NCBI RefSeq assembly: GCF_964213995.1 | Contig: NW_027590163.1 | Coordinates: 496,001-560,000 of the forward strand | Direction: 5' to 3' | DNA: 64,000 nt | Source: Mustelus asterias | Taxonomy: Eukaryota | Notes under the pieces: model-generated | Told to the model about the DNA's origin: nothing | The model's database searches: none | The model's input: only the letters and a program-made list of their open reading frames with translations | In this document: positions 11,613 to 21,103 of the stretch, in pieces | Layout: every line of letters begins with the position of its first letter | How positions within the stretch are numbered: position 1 is the first letter of the stretch | Position numbers and translations under genes: made by a program

Positions 11613-14116
11613 ATGTGCAACTTGCAGAATTCAATTAGTTTCTGAAAGGCGACGCCTGGGCCAGAGAATGGAACACTTTATGCTGTTTATTATCCTATTC
11701 TCGCTGCTATTAGTGTCCCAGGTAAGAGATGAATCCCGCCGAAATTACTCATTTTTCTTGTGGTGAAAATGTCTCATTTTTTTAGTGAATAAGAGTGCAT
11801 TACTTCCATTTGCATTATGAAATGTGACAATACGCAATTCAGTATATTGCACTTCATGTTTATAGAAAAACTTTACCAGAATGCAGGAATATAAATTGTA
11901 ATGGTCACATTGTACACACGCTATGTGGGTGAACCGTTCAACTGAACGAGAGAAATGTATAGAACTCAAGCGTGCTAAATGTTTGATCAAAGAAGTACGT
12001 TATCTCAATAAATCTCAGATAAAGTAAGAGAGAGAAAAACTGACACGTTGAAGATGCGAATTCCAGAGAATAGGGCCCGGGCAGCTAAAATGATAACTGC
12101 AATGATGCATCGTTAATATCTGGAATTAACAGGAGGGCAAATTTAGATGTACGTTACCGTCTCAGGTAGTTGTAGGGGTGCTGCATATTACAAGGATAGG
12201 GAGTGGAGAGGCTGACGAGGCTAACGAGGTAGTGGATCATTATGGAGGGAGTACTGAAATTGAAGTGTAACTGGACAATGGTTCATAATAGCTCAGCAAG
12301 CACAGTGCTGCTGGGTGAACGGGGTGTGGCTTGAGTAAGAGCACTGGAAACAAATGTTTTGGGTCAGTTGCAGTTCACTGAGAATGCAGGGATGGGCCGC
12401 CGAAACCCTACTCCGATGGTCATGGGTCTAGATATCAGAAAGGATTTCAGTAGCTGTTACCCTAAGGCACAGTTTGACGATGAGCGACATCACGGGCTAT
12501 ATTAGAAAGGAAACGTATGCAGCGTCGGTGCTTACTTTGTTCTAAGTTAAAGTTTATTTATTAGTTACATTTAGACTTACATTAACACTGAAATGAAGTT
12601 GCTGTGAGAGTCCCCTAGCCACCACACCCTGGCGCCTGTTCCGGTACACAGCGGATGAATCTGGCAAGGCCAGTGCACCGAACCAGCACGTATTTCGGAA
12701 TGTGGGAGGAAACCAGAGCACGTGGAGGAAAACCACACAGACACGGGGAGAACGTGCAAACTCCGCACAGACAGGGACTCAAGCCTGGAATCGAACCCAG
12801 GTCCCCGACGCTGTGAGGTAGCAGTGCTAGCCACTGTGCTACCGTGCCACTTATGGTCAATATGGGAATGTGGGCATCTGCAATTTTAGTCCACCGTCAA
12901 AACAGGTCATCAATATTGTAAAGAGTTACGAGCCTCAGAGGATGGTTAGCCACAGGAATTGAATCAGTTGTCAGAGAGTGGTGTTTGTGACAGGGACTGA
13001 TTGCTATATTCTATGAATTCACTCATGTTTAATCCAGCAGTGGCTGTAGAACAAGTAGCAATGGCTTTGGAATAATTGAAATCTGGAGGTGGTGAATAGA
13101 CAGATCAGGAGGGTTTCAGTCGGGTTTCAGTAACTGATTGGATCAGGGAATAGCTATTTTTTTTGCAGTCCACTCGGTAACGTCTTTCTCCTTTTATTCT
13201 CTTACAGCCAACTTGGTGGCGATCATCATCCTATCCCGTGGACGGTGCGGACTCTCCCAGTGCATCACTTACTACCTCGTGGCGATAGCGGTGACTGATT
13301 TCCTTGTCATGGTTACCACTGTTATCCTCAACCGCATAGGTGGCGTTTATTTCAGGTACAGTGTCCTATCTACCACCCCCGGATGAGCTGTCAGCACTGT
13401 GCTGGTTTGTGAAACCCGGGATGGTTCAGTCTGGCTGACAGTGGCTTTCACCTTAGACAGTTATGTGGTCATCTGCTGTCAGAAAGTAAAGGCCAGATGC
13501 TGCATTGAGAAAACAGCATTGCTGGTTTTCGGACTTGTCTGTACTCGAAGCTACGTGAAGAACATTCCATTTTACTTCACCTATTAGCCCTTGTACATCC
13601 TGGACGGGGTACCCTGGTTCTGTGATATTATGTTCAGCTATTACTCTTGCCCACCTGGCAGGCCTATGACTGGCTGGACCATACAGTAACGCCCTTTCTC
13701 CCATTCCTCCTCATTCTGATTCTCAACTCTCTCACCGTCAAACACATTTTAGTCGGCAGCAGAAACCGCAGGACGCTTCGGAGCACCGAGAATCATGGAG
13801 ATCCAGAGATGGCAAACCGCAGGAGATCCATTGTCTTGCTATTCACCATCTTACTCAGTTTCCTCCTCCTTTGGGTCACCTAGGTCGGGCATTTTCTCGA
13901 CGTGCGAGTTACGGGTGAGGCTTACTTCACCGGCCTGGATTTCAATGACCCACACTTCATCCTTCAAGAAACTACAAACATGCTCCAGTTAGTTCCTGCA
14001 ACAGCAACCTTATCAATGCAGTAGCCCAAAAGAAGTTCAGAAATGAACTGAAGAATGTTCTGCTTTTTCCCTTCTCCACTTTCACCAGTTGTTTTCGGTT
14101 GGACCGGATTTTATGA
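11613..14116 (+). pseudogene. GPR139/GPR142-like rhodopsin-class GPCR pseudogene (exon 1 about 11613-11721, exon 2 from 13208)
   Basis: TATAAA at 11576; exon 1 ...LYAVYYPILAAISVP then gtaag; acceptor ttacag; exon 2 ANLVAIIILSRGRCGLSQCITYYLVAIAVTDFLV...SVWLTVAFTLDSYVVICCQ...TPFLPFLLILILNSLTVKHIL...DPEMANRRRSIVLLFTI; stops at 13384, 13585, 13881 and further lesions. Confidence 0.85.
12551..12848 (-). mobile_element. SINE with HE1-like tRNA head and alternative 3' tail (GPCR intron)
   Basis: GGCACGGTAGCACAGTGGCTAGCACTG...GGTTCGATTCC head; tail ends actaataaataaactt instead of the CR1-type tail. Confidence 0.8.
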
Positions 14117-15312
14117 TCCAGATAATGACCAGTAATGCTTTGTTTACAGAAGTCAAGTTTGAAACCCTACTTGCTTACTCAGAGGATACCACCACAATGT
14201 CTCCCGTTCTTACACAAATAAAATAAATGTTGTCATGTAAAGTCAGAAACATAAAGCCATTTACAACATCAATCTCATCCAGCAGCATTCAGAATTAACA
14301 TATGGTATATGAGGAGTAACGGAAGAAAAGTTATCTACAAAACAGTATTGCACATTAAATGGCAGATGGGAACAAGGCAGATCCCATAGGATTTCCATGA
14401 TTTCAGGTGGATGGTGTCAGATAGAACAGAACAGGGAGAGGGGGTCCCTAGGATGATGCTCAGTGAATTCTGGGAATTAATATCAGGGGGAATGGATCTG
14501 ATCAGGGAGAAATGCATACGAGAAACAGAAGGCACTGGGAGACGTTTAATGGCTACAACCAGACAGTCAGTGTGTTTTCTGGACAGTGGAGTCTTTTTTT
14601 TATGTCATGGAGCAGTAAGAGAAAAAATCTGTCTTTGTGTGTTTTAACCAATTGTGAAGCTGAAATATCTGTATCAGAAGGCCCCAGCCTCGGAGAATAA
14701 GTAGTTAATTGTATCAAATGGGCCCCAGCTTTTTGAAACTTCTGCGTTTTTTTCTCTCTGGTCAATCCCAAAGATCCCAATCTAGTCATAATTTGAAAAT
14801 TTGTATTCGATGATGTGCTTATCTGAAATACGACTGAAGGGGAAAATTATTAACCAATTTACAAGGTTTTTGACAGAATACATAAGACACTACAAACAAA
14901 GAGTTAAATGATTCTTGAAACAAGGATAATAAGGGAATGAAACAAATACTTTACAAATACGTGGATGCAATAAGAGAATTAAATAAATAACTATGATTAA
15001 AGAACATATATGCTCATATTTTAAATGTAATTTATGCATTGAATGAATTATTGATCATTTCAACCAAAAGCAAGTCACTGTAAGGTATGATGATACATCG
15101 AAGAGTTGAGAGCCAATGGCCTGGGAACCTTAGTAGTTAGCAGAATTAATATCTGAAAGTTTCTGGCGATGGAACACATTTTGCAACTTTATGAGTGGGG
15201 ACATTCAATGTTTAGACATAGAATAGATCGTACTGGGACTCAGTACGTGTCTATCCAGTTTTGGAAATGAGCCGGTGGGAATGTTCATTTTGACCTCCTC
15301 ACACAGAGATTT

Positions 15313-16139
15313 TGTCATGGTTCCCCAGGACGACAATTCGTTCACATCGGTTTAAAACAGAGAGTCTGAGCAGCGATCTTCCAAGCAATAGACTTTATTT
15401 CTCAGCACAAGCGATAAAGTCGGGATCTCCGGATCAATCCAAAGAGCCCTTGGGCTTACAATCTTTTATGTACATTTCAGCCTCCTATCTCAAGATCCTT
15501 ATCTCCCTTTTACAGCCTGTCCTTGGTTGTTATCTTACCCTACAGCCCGATCTTTCTTTGGCCACCATTATTTTTAGTTGACTCTTTATCTGTTTTCTTT
15601 GCAATTGGTCGTTACCTGTTATATCTCTTCGTTTCTTAAACCATGGTGGTTATAACTCTTGCTCTTATCTGAACTTTTCTGTTTGTACAATAATCGTGGT
15701 TTTGCAGGCTAAGGCCGAAAGTGTTTAGAAGAAAAGACATTCTCTCTGCTGACTTATGGTCCACTAATGTGTTTAGAAGAAAAGACATTCTCTCTGCTGA
15801 CTTATGGTCCACTAATGTGTTTAGAAGAAAAGACATTCTCTCTGCTGACTTATGGTCCACTATTAAGTTGAACCACCGAGCAGTCTTCCTTGTTTTCCCA
15901 GGTGGCTATTGTTTGCTTTCCTTAATTAGTGATTGCTATATTACTTCTCTAGTTCCTCTAGTTCCTCCACTTTGATCATATCGACTACACTTGATTATAT
16001 TAGGTCGGGTCACACGAGGTTACTTTAGGTTATATACCCATCTCACTACTCACCTAAATCTGCTATATCATTTTACTAAAACCTATGAATCTGAATTCCA
16101 TACTAAACTCATACAATATCCAGTACAATTTCCCTTACA
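15313..16139 (-). repeat. 3' LTR (827 bp) with 3 x 48-bp internal tandem repeat (about 15719-15863)
   Basis: Minus strand begins TGTAAGGG and ends CATGACA; AATAAA at about 15393-15398; homologous to 23420-24185. Confidence 0.92.
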
Positions 16140-16153
16140 AGTCCCCCCTTTGA
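16140..16153 (-). promoter_or_regulatory. Polypurine tract
   Basis: TCAAAGGGGGGACT immediately before the LTR TG. Confidence 0.85.
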
Positions 16154-16502
16154 GGCTATTCCCTAGCCTCATCCCAATTACCAAGCTCAAATAATCCCCT
16201 CGCTCGATCCCATTTGCATTTTATTTTAATCACTCTTTGCAGGCGATGTGGAGGAGCCGAATATTTTGGTCAGGGATCAATGTCCCTATTCTAACTTTAT
16301 CATAATTTGTCTATCCCGGTTCTGATTTTTGGGTTGCTCCTCCAGATTGCCTGCCCCTGACAGTCATCAGCCAAAAACCTTCCCACTCTTGTCTAGGGAA
16401 GGGAAAAAGACTGATTCCTGTGTACAGACTAAGTTCTCCTGGTTTCGTGCGGACTTCAGCAAGGTGCTGTTGTTTCCACAAGGTGATCTTCCACTATTGT
16501 AG

Positions 16503-16745
16503 TTATTTTACAGAGTGACGAGTTTCAACTTCGACCAAGGTCATTGTGAATCCACTCAGCGGGGGCGGCTCAAGATTTTCCCATTCCTCTGTTTTTTCTC
16601 TCGAGCGTGAGCTGCTTAGCACCCGCGTCACCATCTGCCGCGCTGCCACTCTGGTAAGGAAGGATCTCAGGGCGGGTAAAAAACAACAAAATATCAATCC
16701 CAGAATGATTATTGTTGCGATTGCTACAGCTCCAGCTTTGGCAAA
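16503..16745 (-). pseudogene. env: env membrane anchor and cytoplasmic tail, cut off by an in-frame TGA
   Basis: Same frame as the 1312-aa ORF: RWGA*FAKAGAVAIATIIILGLIFCCFLPALRS...RHSVK*. Confidence 0.88.
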
Positions 16746-19700
16746 TCACGCCCCCCATCTTCCTAATATTCTGTCCAGCCAACTCCATACCTCATGCCCA
16801 AACCCAGCATTTTCTTTCACTTCTTTCTTAAGATTTCTTAACTTATTCATGGCTTGTGTAAATGACCCCTCTGGATTAGTGTTATTAGGGATAAATGTGC
16901 AGCACTGATCCCCAAACATAACACACACCCCTCCTTTCTCTGCCAGGAGCCAATCTAACGCCTGTCGATTTTGCCACGCCATTTTGCTGGTCGCATCCAA
17001 CTGCTCTCCTAAGGCCTCCAGGGCATCATTCGTATAATTAATAAACCTCTGCTGATTATAATAGATGTAATTGATCCACTCAGTATTCTTGCTGGGTGTG
17101 ATCCAAACAAAGAGGGATTCAAACCCTGCAGCTATTTCGTTCCTAGCTTTGAACTCATTCGGGATGCCGCGGGGCTGTCCGATTGCGTCCAATTTTATCG
17201 TAGGGTCAGGGGTATATGCCCTCTTAACTTTTTGTGATTTAATTTTTCTTTCCACCGGTAGTATCACAATGCTCTGGGCAAGCATAACTCGAGCACATAG
17301 TCCCTTCCAATTCTGTGGTAATTTTGCCAATAGCCCTTTCTCCGGGCCACAAAGCCACCAGAGATCGGCCAGTTGATTTTCTTGATAGTCTAACACATAA
17401 GGAGGGGGTGCCCATCCCCCTCCTGAGAGGATCAGATTAAGAGCATCGGTTATATTCCAAATCCTTTCACACTCTCCTGTGTAATTTCCCACACTACTTC
17501 CTGTGCTACTTTCCCTCCAATAGCAATCTTGGATTTGTAAGTTGGGCTCTACACTCCATTCCTTTGGGACCGCGTCCACTGCCGTTTTTGGCCACTTTGG
17601 ACATCTGTGGGCCAAGTTGTAGATGCCCTTTTTTACCCCAGCAAACAGGATGCAGTGGTATTGACACAACGGCGGCTCACCTTTACAAAGGTTATCACAT
17701 GCGGATCCGGAACAGTTTATCTTCTCATACGAGTAGTTCCGATTCCCTATCATATGATACCGTATATATGTGGTATATGGACGGCAATTTTCCTTTCTCC
17801 AGCTTTGTTTCCTGGTTCCACAGTCTCCTGATCCCCATGGTATATCAGTTACTTGGGTGTTAGGTTTCTCTGATGCACATACCTCACACTGACTTAGTAT
17901 GTAGTCAATCGAGTTTTGCAGGTATGGTGACCAGAATCCTTCCTTCTTGATCTTTCTCGCCACTTCTCCTCTTGCACAGTGGTCCACTCCATGCGCTTCG
18001 CTAATTAGTACGGTTAGTAATGATGTGGGTGCTATGACTAATCCCTCCCCATTTCTCCATATCCTGTCCTGTTGTCCCTGTAGTGCTCCTCTATCTTTCC
18101 ACATTGCCTTTTCAGCTACAGAGGTTTCCTCCTGTAATTGTGCTACATCTTCTAATGTGATATGAGGTTCGATATCCCCCGTACCTGGCCCTGGGTGCGG
18201 CCTTGCTATTTCTACTGGGGCTATCGTAGCCTCAATGCATCCTGACGCTTCTTTAGCTGCCTTGTCGGCTTTGGTGTTTCCCTGTGTGATGCTGTCTGCT
18301 CCCTTTTTATGCGCCTGACACTTAATTATGGCTAATTCCCTTGGACCCATCATGGCCCTTATTAAAGCCCTGATTTGACCTTCGTGTTGTATTGGTCCTC
18401 CTCCGCTTTTCATAAATCCCCTTTGCTTCCATATTGCCCCGAACAGATGGCAGACCCCGTGGGCATAGGCCGAATCAGTATAAATTTCCAATGCTTCCCC
18501 GTTTGCTAGCTCACATGCTCTGGTCAATGCTTTAAGTTCTGCCAGTTGGGCTGAACAGGGCTGTTCACATTTCTCTGCTTCTATAACTTCAAGTGTTTCC
18601 CCTTTCTGTTCAACTATGGCATAGCCTGCGTGGTTTCCTAAGTGATCCCTGTAACATGAGCCATCTACATACAGTATCCTTTTCCCTTCTGTCACTAGTC
18701 CCTCTGCTCTTAAATCTTTTCTCAGTTTCATAAACACTTTTGTCTCTCTTACACACTCATGCTCCTCTCCCTCATGAGGTAATGGCATGTAATCAGCTGG
18801 ATTTACTCTATTGCACTTTATTATCGTGATATCTGGAAATGTAGTTAGCATTCGATAATGATGGATCCTAGCAGGTGTCAGCACAAATTTTCCTTGCTCA
18901 ATCAATTCAGCTACCTTATGGTATACATGTATGTTTATCGGATATCCCATTGTGACCGTGGCTGCCTTTTCGTACGCCCACCAAGCTGCTGCCAGACCTT
19001 GATAGCACGGAGGGTATCCCATTGCTACGTCGTCTAGCTTGGTACTGTAATATGCTACAGCCTGCCTTCGTCTACCCTTGCAATTTTCCTGCATTAACAT
19101 TGCTGTAGCAAATCCGGCTTCTCTGTTACTCACAAATAAGTCAAAGGGCTTGTCATAGGTCGGTAAAGCCAAGGCTGCTGCCTGTGCCATTTCTCTTTTC
19201 ACGTTTTCAAATGCGTCTGAAGCATCTTTATCCCATTTTAGTTTGGCTTTTAATTCGTCACACCCTGCCTCCTTCATTATCTTTCGTAGTGCCTGCGTTT
19301 TTTCGGCATAGCTTTCCACCCATTCTGAACTGAAGCCTGTCATTCCCAAAAATGTCATCATTTGTCCCACCGTCCGTGGTTTCGGAACTTTTAGTACTGC
19401 TTCTATTTGCTGTGAAGCTATCTCCTTCTGTCCTGCTGATATTTCTCTTCCCAAGTATTCTACCTTTTTCTGGCACAGCTGCAGCTTTTTCCTGGAAACT
19501 TTATGGCCCCCTTCTGCTAGTCTTTCCAATAGTTTTAAACTATCCTTCCTGCACTGTTCTTGTGTTCCTGTGCATAATAATAAATCATCCACATATTGTA
19601 TCAGTGTTCCTTCCAACTGTATTCCTTCTAAATCTGCTCTCAACACCTGATTGAATACATGTGGGAAATGTTTAAATCCTTGGGGCATCCTATTGTATGT

Positions 19701-20684
19701 GTATTGTTTCCCCTCGTACGTAAATGCAAAGAGATACTGACTTTCTTGAGCTAGTGGCACACTAAAAAATGCCGAACATAGGTCTACTACAGTAAACCAT
19801 CTACTTTCAGGTGGTATATTTGTCATCAAGGTATAAGGGTTTGGAACCTCTGCTGGCATATCTTCCACTACCTCATTAATTGCCCTTAGGTCATGCACCA
19901 ATCTCCATTTTTCTCCGTCCACCTTTTTCACTGGTAGTAGCGGTGTATTACACCTGCTCCGGGTTTCTTTTAATACCCCTGCTTCTATCAATCCCTTAAT
20001 TGTCCCTCTAATTCCTTCAATTGCTTCTGTCTTGATTGGGTATTGCGGCCTATACGGCCCCTGACGTCCTATCTTTAATCTGACTTCAACTGGATTAGCG
20101 TTTTTGACCCTCCCTACATCCGTGTCCTGTCTGGACCACAACTCCTGCGGGAGGGAGTTCAAATCCTGCTCTAACCTCTCTCTCCACTCCAGTTCCTGTT
20201 TCTCGATTTGCACTCCTATTGTTATCTGCTTCGGTTTCCCAAGCATTTTAACATCCAAAATTATTTTCGTCATTTGTCCATTGCTGGACGTCCAAATATC
20301 TACATTGTCTGTCTGGACAAATTCTAAATCTTGTGCTCTCAACACCATTGGTCCTAGGTCTTTTGATCTGTATCCCGGATTCACTTTCAATGTGACATGT
20401 GGCTCCGCCCCAGATACAGAGAACCATTTGTTAACCCATTCATTCCTAACGATGGTGAGGGCTACTCCCTCTAGTCCGATTAAAATACTTCCTGACTTTA
20501 TTTCCTGTTCTCGTCCTGCCTCCCTTTCCCATTTCTCCTGTATCTCAGGTTCCTGCCCTTCATTAAATATCATTGTACTGTGTAATTCTGTTCTTGGCCA
20601 TTTGGCTTGTGGAACCCAAGTGTTTATAAGCTTTCCCCAAACTTCCCATATCTGTTTTTTAACTTGTTCCTCTATATCTCCCAA
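16746..20684 (-). CDS. pol: Pol-Env fusion ORF: 2H-phosphoesterase-like, RT, RNase H, IN zinc-binding domain, partial SU, TM ectodomain
   Basis: LHSTM and PHVTL; PQYP..NTPLLPVKK..WRLVHDLRAIN; MPQGF; YVDD (19584-19595); YVDGS/AQLAELKAL/YTDSAYA; HGVDH..CEVC; then Cys-rich SU, KVKR furin site (17220-17231), QNRQALDWLLAEKGGVC and CVMFGDQCC. Confidence 0.92.
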   Translation of the reverse strand: MGDIEEQVKKQIWEVWGKLINTWVPQAKWPRTELHSTMIFNEGQEPEIQEKWEREAGREQEIKSGSILIGLEGVALTIVRNEWVNKWFSVSGAEPHVTLKVNPGYRSKDLGPMVLRAQDLEFVQTDNVDIWTSSNGQMTKIILDVKMLGKPKQITIGVQIEKQELEWRERLEQDLNSLPQELWSRQDTDVGRVKNANPVEVRLKIGRQGPYRPQYPIKTEAIEGIRGTIKGLIEAGVLKETRSRCNTPLLPVKKVDGEKWRLVHDLRAINEVVEDMPAEVPNPYTLMTNIPPESRWFTVVDLCSAFFSVPLAQESQYLFAFTYEGKQYTYNRMPQGFKHFPHVFNQVLRADLEGIQLEGTLIQYVDDLLLCTGTQEQCRKDSLKLLERLAEGGHKVSRKKLQLCQKKVEYLGREISAGQKEIASQQIEAVLKVPKPRTVGQMMTFLGMTGFSSEWVESYAEKTQALRKIMKEAGCDELKAKLKWDKDASDAFENVKREMAQAAALALPTYDKPFDLFVSNREAGFATAMLMQENCKGRRRQAVAYYSTKLDDVAMGYPPCYQGLAAAWWAYEKAATVTMGYPINIHVYHKVAELIEQGKFVLTPARIHHYRMLTTFPDITIIKCNRVNPADYMPLPHEGEEHECVRETKVFMKLRKDLRAEGLVTEGKRILYVDGSCYRDHLGNHAGYAIVEQKGETLEVIEAEKCEQPCSAQLAELKALTRACELANGEALEIYTDSAYAHGVCHLFGAIWKQRGFMKSGGGPIQHEGQIRALIRAMMGPRELAIIKCQAHKKGADSITQGNTKADKAAKEASGCIEATIAPVEIARPHPGPGTGDIEPHITLEDVAQLQEETSVAEKAMWKDRGALQGQQDRIWRNGEGLVIAPTSLLTVLISEAHGVDHCARGEVARKIKKEGFWSPYLQNSIDYILSQCEVCASEKPNTQVTDIPWGSGDCGTRKQSWRKENCRPYTTYIRYHMIGNRNYSYEKINCSGSACDNLCKGEPPLCQYHCILFAGVKKGIYNLAHRCPKWPKTAVDAVPKEWSVEPNLQIQDCYWRESSTGSSVGNYTGECERIWNITDALNLILSGGGWAPPPYVLDYQENQLADLWWLCGPEKGLLAKLPQNWKGLCARVMLAQSIVILPVERKIKSQKVKRAYTPDPTIKLDAIGQPRGIPNEFKARNEIAAGFESLFVWITPSKNTEWINYIYYNQQRFINYTNDALEALGEQLDATSKMAWQNRQALDWLLAEKGGVCVMFGDQCCTFIPNNTNPEGSFTQAMNKLRNLKKEVKENAGFGHEVWSWLDRILGRWGA

Positions 20685-21103
20685 CCAATATACATTAACC
20701 CCTTCCTTTCCTGTGGATACATTCCCATCAAATCAATTCCTTGTTCAGTGCATTCTAATTTCAGTCCTAAACCTAGGATTGCATCCCTTCCCAATAGATT
20801 TAAAGGAGTTTTATCACATACTAAAATAGGTACATGGGTTGTCTTATTTCCAATGGTAACAGGCACCGGCGTCGTCATTCGAGCTAATGTTACTTTCCCC
20901 GAGAACCCCACAGTTTTTACAAACTGGTTTGACAATGGTAAGTGATCCGCATATTTCGTTTGCATGCACGTACATGTGGCGCCGGTGTCTATCATCATGG
21001 GGACCTCGATCCCTCCTACTCTAACGTTAACTATAGGTTCCTGCTCTGCAGTTTCTGTTATCTGTACGTACTGTCCTACCATTTCGGGGTTCTCTGGGCC
21101 TCC
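20672..21103 (-). CDS. pro: Retroviral aspartic protease, in frame with gag across a UAG; out of frame with downstream pol
   Basis: MIDTGATCT active site and NLLGRDAI motif; frame shifts by 1 nt near 20700. Confidence 0.9.
   Translation of the reverse strand, partial: GGPENPEMVGQYVQITETAEQEPIVNVRVGGIEVPMMIDTGATCTCMQTKYADHLPLSNQFVKTVGFSGKVTLARMTTPVPVTIGNKTTHVPILVCDKTPLNLLGRDAILGLGLKLECTEQGIDLMGMYPQERKGLMYIGWEI

Noticed and set aside
14290-15300. Possible further LTR or exon left of the provirus
   Set aside because: No defined termini, TSD or coding motif could be supported
15719-15863. CRISPR-like or coding repeat (ORFs 15636-15860 and 15721-15975)
   Set aside because: 48-bp tandem inside the LTR; the ORFs arise only because the unit length is a multiple of 3
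20104-20829. 241-aa antisense ORF in the ERV
   Set aside because: Mirror of the purine-rich pol frame; no recognisable motif or ATG context
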